A stretch of 27,821 nucleotides of DNA from Desulfobaccales bacterium (GTDB lineage Bacteria > Desulfobacterota > Desulfobaccia > Desulfobaccales > 0-14-0-80-60-11). The first letter of the stretch is position 1. The number at the start of each line of letters is the position of its first letter. Below are positions 22,844 to 27,821 of the stretch, one piece after another. The position numbers were made by a program, and so were the translations under genes. Location: the NCBI GenBank assembly GCA_036396255.1, contig DASWLF010000374.1:1-27821 (forward strand), in the 5' to 3' direction. Under the pieces are notes generated by a model. The model made no database searches. It worked only from the letters and a program-made list of their open reading frames with translations, and was not told the origin of the DNA.

Positions 22844-23485
22844 TCAACGCCGGTGGCAGGGATAGATCACCTGGATGTCCTGGCTGAGGTGCCTTTCCAC
22901 CGCATGGAGCATCCCCAGAAACAGGATCCCGGTTTCACCTTCCTTCAGAGTTTCGTTGATGCGACGGGCGATGAACCGGTCCCGTTGTTCCAGGATGGAC
23001 TCGCCTGCCGCGGGGGAGCGGACCGCGGATGGGGCCGGGGTTCCGGCGCCTCCCTGGGAGGCCAGGGACTCCTGGGCCAGCCGGTATTCTTCCTTAAGGA
23101 GCTCCCAGGCTTCCGTCCCCATGAGGGTGGCGCCTCTGGCCATCAAGTCCAGCAGAATTCGATGGTTGCGGCTGCCGGCCCGGGCCAGTTCCGCCACGAT
23201 GGCCTCCTCCCGGCCACACACAGGCAGGCCGTCCTGATAGAGGCGCACCTGCCCGTAAGGGAGTTTCAGGTTCCGGATGACCCGTTCGATTTCCATCCAG
23301 ATCTGCTCCACGGCCCTCACTTTCCGCTGCCAGCCGCGCTGGCCCAACTTCATCCGGGCAGCCCGGGCGATGGGGAGGCGCAAGGCCCCCATATCGGTCT
23401 GGGTATGCACGATGGGGATATACAATAACCTCCTGGCAAAAACCCGGTTGGCCCTGTCCGTCTGCCGGGGGGCGGCGGCTGTCAT
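22844..23485 (-). CDS. Conserved hypothetical protein (GvpY-like by synteny), possible TraB/Tiki/EreA-like fold
   Basis: AGGAG SD. Ends 15 nt before the activator gene. Motifs YIPIVH, YQDGLP, GTE, RDRFIARRI and ILFLGMLH. Confidence 0.8.
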   Translation of the reverse strand: MTAAAPRQTDRANRVFARRLLYIPIVHTQTDMGALRLPIARAARMKLGQRGWQRKVRAVEQIWMEIERVIRNLKLPYGQVRLYQDGLPVCGREEAIVAELARAGSRNHRILLDLMARGATLMGTEAWELLKEEYRLAQESLASQGGAGTPAPSAVRSPAAGESILEQRDRFIARRINETLKEGETGILFLGMLHAVERHLSQDIQVIYPCHRR

Positions 23486-23860
23486 GAGCCCTGGTCTCCT
23501 GGTGCGGTGCCGTTTCTCCGGCTCCCTTGGGGTGCCGCTGGTTGCGGGGTCACGGTCCCTTCCTGGTTGCCCCGGCTCGGGATCAAAAGGCAGGTTGCAA
23601 AAACGCTGAGCCCGGTCTGCGCCTCTCCCGCCACCGGCCGCGGGCGGCTACGGCAGACGGGAAGGCTACCCCGCCTCAGGTGGCAACCCAAATTATTCAT
23701 CGGCTGGTTGCGCCGTTTACCTAAGAAATTTTCCGAACCTGCCGGCGCTTTTCTGCAACTGGTGAAATCGCTTAGTTATGGGAGTGCGGGGTAGGGATCA
23801 ACAGCTTCAGGCAAGGAAAAGAGGGGGAAGGGTGCCGGGAGGGACGTCCCCGGCCGGGAA

Positions 23861-24571
23861 TCAGATACCCAGGTAGGTGCGGCGGATCTCGTCGTTTTTC
23901 AGCAGCTGGCGGGCCTCACCCTCCAGCCACACCTTGCCCTGGCTCAGCACGTAGGCGTAGTCGCTCACCGCCAGGGCCATGGCCACGTTTTGCTCCACCA
24001 GGAGCATGGTGAGGCCCGTTTTCTTGAGGCGGGTGAGGGCTTCGAAGAGGGTGAGGGCCAGGAGGGGGGACAGTCCCAGGGAGAGCTCATCCAGCATCAG
24101 CACCTCGGGTTCGGCCATCAAGCCCCGGCCCACCGCCACCATCTGCTGCTCGCCGCCGCTTAGGGTACCGGCCTTCTGGCGGGCCCGTTCCCCAAGGCGG
24201 GGGAAGAGCTCGAAGACCTTGTCCAGGTTTTGCTTAAAGGTGGCCCGGGCCCGCCGGGAAAAGGCGCCCATCTCCAGGTTCTCGTAGACCGTCATGTCGG
24301 TGAACAGCTGGCGCCCTTCGGGTACCAGGACCATGCCGGCGTTGGCCCGGGTGTGGGCCGAAAAATGGGTGACGTCCCGGCCCGCAAAGGTCACGGTGCC
24401 CTGCCAGGGACGCAACAGTCCCATGACGGTGCTCAGCAGGGTGGTCTTGCCCACCCCGTTGGAGCCCACCAGGGTAGTGAGCTTCCCCTGTTCCAGTTTG
24501 AGGTCCACGCCCCAGAGAATCTGGACTTCCTCGTAGCCCGAGGTCAGGGAGTTGACTTCCAGCAAGTTCAT
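23861..24571 (-). CDS. livF: Branched-chain amino acid ABC transporter ATP-binding protein (LivF-like)
   Basis: GSNGVGKT, LSGGEQQM, MLDELSLGL and LLVEQN. Confidence 0.92.
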   Translation of the reverse strand: MNLLEVNSLTSGYEEVQILWGVDLKLEQGKLTTLVGSNGVGKTTLLSTVMGLLRPWQGTVTFAGRDVTHFSAHTRANAGMVLVPEGRQLFTDMTVYENLEMGAFSRRARATFKQNLDKVFELFPRLGERARQKAGTLSGGEQQMVAVGRGLMAEPEVLMLDELSLGLSPLLALTLFEALTRLKKTGLTMLLVEQNVAMALAVSDYAYVLSQGKVWLEGEARQLLKNDEIRRTYLGI

Positions 24572-24578
24572 CTGAGCC

Positions 24579-25322
24579 TCACTCTGCCAGCAGTCGCGCC
24601 GTCATTTCGGGATCTCCCAGGTAGGCCTCGATGACCAGGGGGTTATTGGCCACTTCCTCGGGGGAGCCCTTGGCTATGAGCAGGCCGTAATCCAGGACCA
24701 GGATGCGGTCCGAGATGTTCATCACCGCCTGCATGACGTGCTCGATCATCAAAATGGTAATGCCGTCATCCCTGATAGTACGGATGGTCTCCAGCATGGG
24801 GGTGATTTCCGAGGGGTTGAGGCCGGCCAGCACCTCATCCAGCAATAGCAGGTGAGGGCGGGCCGCCAGGGCCCGGGCCAGCTCCAGGCGCTTCTTTTGG
24901 GCCACATTGAGGCTGCTGGCCGGTTGGGGGGCACGTTCCAGCAGGCCCACCCGGGCCAGGGCGCCGTCGGCCAGACCCACCGCTGCGGCCAGGGAATGGC
25001 CCTCCCGTCCGAAGCAGGCCCCCACCATGACGTTTTCCCGGACGGTGAGGTCGTTAAGGGGCCGCACCACCTGATGGGCCCGGGCCAGGCCCCGCCGGGC
25101 CACTTCGTACGACGGCAGGCCGGTGATATCTTCCCCCCGGAAGATGACCCGGCCGCGCTCGGGGGCGTAGACCCCGTTAATGACGTTGAAGAGCGTGGTC
25201 TTGCCCGCCCCGTTGGGGCCGATGAGCCCCAGGATCTGCCCCTGGGGCAAATCGAAGGAGACCTCGGACAGGGCCTGGAGGCCGCCGAAGCGCTTGGTGA
25301 CGTCACTGACTTGCAGGATCAT
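24579..25322 (-). CDS. livG: Branched-chain amino acid ABC transporter ATP-binding protein (LivG-like)
   Basis: GPNGAGKT, LLDEVLAGLN, MIEHVM and VIEAYLG. Confidence 0.92.
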   Translation of the reverse strand: MILQVSDVTKRFGGLQALSEVSFDLPQGQILGLIGPNGAGKTTLFNVINGVYAPERGRVIFRGEDITGLPSYEVARRGLARAHQVVRPLNDLTVRENVMVGACFGREGHSLAAAVGLADGALARVGLLERAPQPASSLNVAQKKRLELARALAARPHLLLLDEVLAGLNPSEITPMLETIRTIRDDGITILMIEHVMQAVMNISDRILVLDYGLLIAKGSPEEVANNPLVIEAYLGDPEMTARLLAE

Positions 25323-26287
25323 TCCAGCACCGTCCGCAAGCTGCGGAAGCGGCTGCGCACCCAGCCCACCGCGCCCGCGGGCACAAAGAGGATGATCATC
25401 AGGAGGAGCAGGCCCGCCACCGCCAGGTGCAGTTCCTTGAAGATGGGGCTGGTGAGCAGGTAGCCGCGCAGGCCCTGGTAGGCCACCGCGCCCGTCATGG
25501 GCCCCAAGACGGTGCCCATGCCGCCCAGCATCACCATCACCAGCATCTCGATGGACATGTGCAGCTGAAAGGCGTCACCCGGCTCCACGTTGCCGTTCTT
25601 GAAGAAGTACAGGGTGCCGATCACCCCGGGGAAGAAGGCGGAAATCACGAAAGTGATGGTCTTGGCCCGGGGCGCCCTGACCCCCATGACCATGGCCGCG
25701 TCTTCGTCTTCCCGGATAGCCAGCAGCCCCAGGCCGAAGCGGGAGTGCTTCACCAGGAAGCTCACCACCAGCACCGCCATGGTGGTGATCCAGAGATAAA
25801 TAAAGGTGGTCCACAGGGCCTGGCCGGCGCCGCCGTACTTCTCGTAGGCCGAAAAGTTGACAAACAGGCCGGTGGCGCCGCCGAAGGGGGAGAAATTGCT
25901 GACAAAGGCCCGGGCCGCCTCGTTGATCCCGATGGTGGCCAGGGCGAAATAAGCGCCCCGCAGGCGCAAAACCGCCAGCCCCACCAGCAGGGCAATGAGG
26001 GAGGACAGCAGACCGCCGGCCACGGCCGCGCAGTACAGCGGCCAGCCATGTTCGCTGAGGAGGTAAAACCCGGTGTAGCCTCCCAGGCCGAAAAACACGA
26101 TATGCCCAAAGCTGACGTAGCCGGTGTAGCCCAGCAGGATATTCAGGCTGGAGGCCAGGGCCACGGACATCATGAGGATGGAGGCCGTCTCCCGGGTGGT
26201 GTCCTGGCGCAGCACTAGCACCGCCGCCCCCCACACCAGCACGATGGCCAGAGGCAGCCAGAAGCCCGGTTGCCGCCAGAACTTCAT
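25319..26287 (-). CDS. livM: Branched-chain amino acid ABC transporter permease (LivM-like)
   Basis: LNILLGYTGYVSFGH, LRLRGAYFALAT and AIREDEDAA. Confidence 0.92.
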   Translation of the reverse strand: MKFWRQPGFWLPLAIVLVWGAAVLVLRQDTTRETASILMMSVALASSLNILLGYTGYVSFGHIVFFGLGGYTGFYLLSEHGWPLYCAAVAGGLLSSLIALLVGLAVLRLRGAYFALATIGINEAARAFVSNFSPFGGATGLFVNFSAYEKYGGAGQALWTTFIYLWITTMAVLVVSFLVKHSRFGLGLLAIREDEDAAMVMGVRAPRAKTITFVISAFFPGVIGTLYFFKNGNVEPGDAFQLHMSIEMLVMVMLGGMGTVLGPMTGAVAYQGLRGYLLTSPIFKELHLAVAGLLLLMIILFVPAGAVGWVRSRFRSLRTVLE

Positions 26288-27145
26288 CTATTTGGCCCCC
26301 ATGAGACCGGTGGGACGGAAGAGCAGCACCAGCACAAACAGGCCGAATTCCACCACCGGCACCCAGCTCACCGGCATGAAGGTGGGAATCAGGCCTTCCA
26401 AGCCTCCCAACATCAGGCCGCCCAACAAGGCCCCCAAGGGGTGGCCCAGCCCCCCCAGGACACAGATCACGAAGGACTTCAGCTCATAGGAGCCGCCGCT
26501 CAAGATGGTGAAAGGGAAGAAGGTGGCGATCAGCCCGCCGGCCGCCGCCGCCAACATGGTGCCCAGGCCGAAGCTCAGGGCCAGCACCCGGGACGAGGGA
26601 ATGCCCATGAGTTCTGCGGCCCGGCGGTTGTTGGCCACGGCCCGGATGGCCTTGCCCGGCCGGGTAAAATAGAGGAAAAGGTAGAGCCCGGCGGTGAACA
26701 GCACCGCGCCCAGGGCCGCCACCAGACGGGTGCCCGGCACGGTGAGGGGGCCCAGTTCCAGGGTCCCCATGGAGAAGTCAATGTTCTGGGGCGAGGTGCT
26801 GAAGATCGCGGTGCCCACCCCGATGATGATCATGTTGACCGCGAACGTGGCCAGCAGGCTGGAGAGATGGGGGGCATTGATCACCCGGTGCACCGCCGCC
26901 CCGTAAATCACAAATCCCAGGGGCAAGCCCAGCACCGCCACGATCACCAGGGCCAGGTATGGGTTCAGGCCCAGGTGCGTGAACAACAGGTAAGTGCCGA
27001 ACATCCCCAGGGCGATGACCGGGCCGTGGGCCAGGTTGATCACCGACATCACTCCCCAGATCAGGGTCAGTCCCATGGCCGCCAGGCCATAGACGAAGCC
27101 CAGGAGCAAGCCGTCGGTCAAGGAAGGTATCAGTTGTGACCACAT
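26288..27145 (-). CDS. livH: Branched-chain amino acid ABC transporter permease (LivH-like)
   Basis: GLTLIWGVMSVINLAHG, GKAIRAVANN and ICVLGGLG. Confidence 0.92.
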   Translation of the reverse strand: MWSQLIPSLTDGLLLGFVYGLAAMGLTLIWGVMSVINLAHGPVIALGMFGTYLLFTHLGLNPYLALVIVAVLGLPLGFVIYGAAVHRVINAPHLSSLLATFAVNMIIIGVGTAIFSTSPQNIDFSMGTLELGPLTVPGTRLVAALGAVLFTAGLYLFLYFTRPGKAIRAVANNRRAAELMGIPSSRVLALSFGLGTMLAAAAGGLIATFFPFTILSGGSYELKSFVICVLGGLGHPLGALLGGLMLGGLEGLIPTFMPVSWVPVVEFGLFVLVLLFRPTGLMGAK

Positions 27146-27216
27146 ATACGAGGCTCACCTTCCACCCCGCCGCTTCCCCAGAAAGGGAAAGCGGCAGGGG
27201 GCGCAATCAACCGCAA

Positions 27217-27821
27217 TTAACGGGCCGGGCAGACTATGGCGTCAGCGGTGGCGGCTGCCGCCGGCCACACCACCTCCTTCACCGCTTTGCCCTGCTTATC
27301 GTGCTGCCACTGGATGTACACCATGTCATGGCCCACCTGGAGGCCGTGATTTTTGGGAGTGTTGTCGAACTTGATGTCGCCGTAAAAGGTCATCACGTTC
27401 ATAGAGTCCAGAACCGCCTTGACCTTGGCGGTGTCCGTGGAACCGGCTTGTTGAATGGCCTTTTGCAGGATCAGGCCGGCTGCGTAGCCGCCGGCGCTGT
27501 GATAGGAGGGGATTTCACCTTCATACTTGGCTTGATATGATTTGGTGAAATCCATCGCCGAGATCCCGAAATATTCCACCCCGGCTTTCTTAGCCGCTTC
27601 CGGGCTGTACTTGGCCGCGGGTTCCCACTGGGAGGAGCCCACCACGGAAATGCAAGCCGCCCCCAGTTCGGCGAACTTGGGTTCCGGCGGGGCCACCAGC
27701 AGGGCGATCATCTGAGTTTTGGTCTTCTTTTCATACAGCTGCTTGGCGAAGGTGCTGGTATCGGCAAAATGCCCGCCGCCCATGATGGCGTCCACGGGCT
27801 GGGGAATCTTATTGATAAAGG
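27217..27821 (-). CDS. LivK/LivJ-family ABC substrate-binding protein, 3' part (start outside the window)
   Basis: The frame stays open to the window edge (FINKIPQPVDAIMGGGH...). Contains PSYHSAGGYAAGLILQKAIQQAGSTD and MTFYGDIKF. Confidence 0.88.
   Translation of the reverse strand, partial: FINKIPQPVDAIMGGGHFADTSTFAKQLYEKKTKTQMIALLVAPPEPKFAELGAACISVVGSSQWEPAAKYSPEAAKKAGVEYFGISAMDFTKSYQAKYEGEIPSYHSAGGYAAGLILQKAIQQAGSTDTAKVKAVLDSMNVMTFYGDIKFDNTPKNHGLQVGHDMVYIQWQHDKQGKAVKEVVWPAAAATADAIVCPAR

Noticed and set aside
23486-23860. Riboswitch (e.g. c-di-GMP) in the long leader before the regulatory operon
   Set aside because: No consensus of a known riboswitch class could be matched by eye. An Infernal/Rfam scan would be needed.

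Overview
This is a GC-rich chromosomal window. Gene content suggests a deltaproteobacterium/Desulfobacterota-like organism (inference only). From left to right it holds: the 5' end of hslV and xerC (housekeeping xerC-hslV linkage), a DUF523-DUF1722 gene, and a class III PHA synthase operon (phaE-phaC). An AT-rich four-helix-bundle gene bracketed by inverted heptamer arrays follows, then a GAF-GAF protein. Converging on these is a ~17 kb minus-strand gas vesicle cluster (6562-23485). Its upstream block is hypothetical/GvpY-like, NtrC-type sigma54 activator, Hsp20, Cdc48, two GvpF/L, PAS kinase and a receiver. A sigma54-type promoter then drives a structural block: (gvpA-gvpC)x2, gvpN, gvpV-like, three small uncharacterised genes including two Zn-finger proteins, gvpF, gvpG, a tandem Get3/ArsA ATPase, a minor GvpA-family gene, gvpK and gvpJ-like. 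The order looks like a circular permutation of the Serratia sp. ATCC 39006 cluster as I recall it. A branched-chain amino-acid-type ABC transporter ends the window. No rRNA, tRNA, CRISPR array or transposase was seen. Most interesting: the chaperone/ATPase toolkit inside the gas vesicle cluster, the duplicated gvpA-gvpC unit with divergent GvpCs, and the repeat-bracketed four-helix-bundle cassette.
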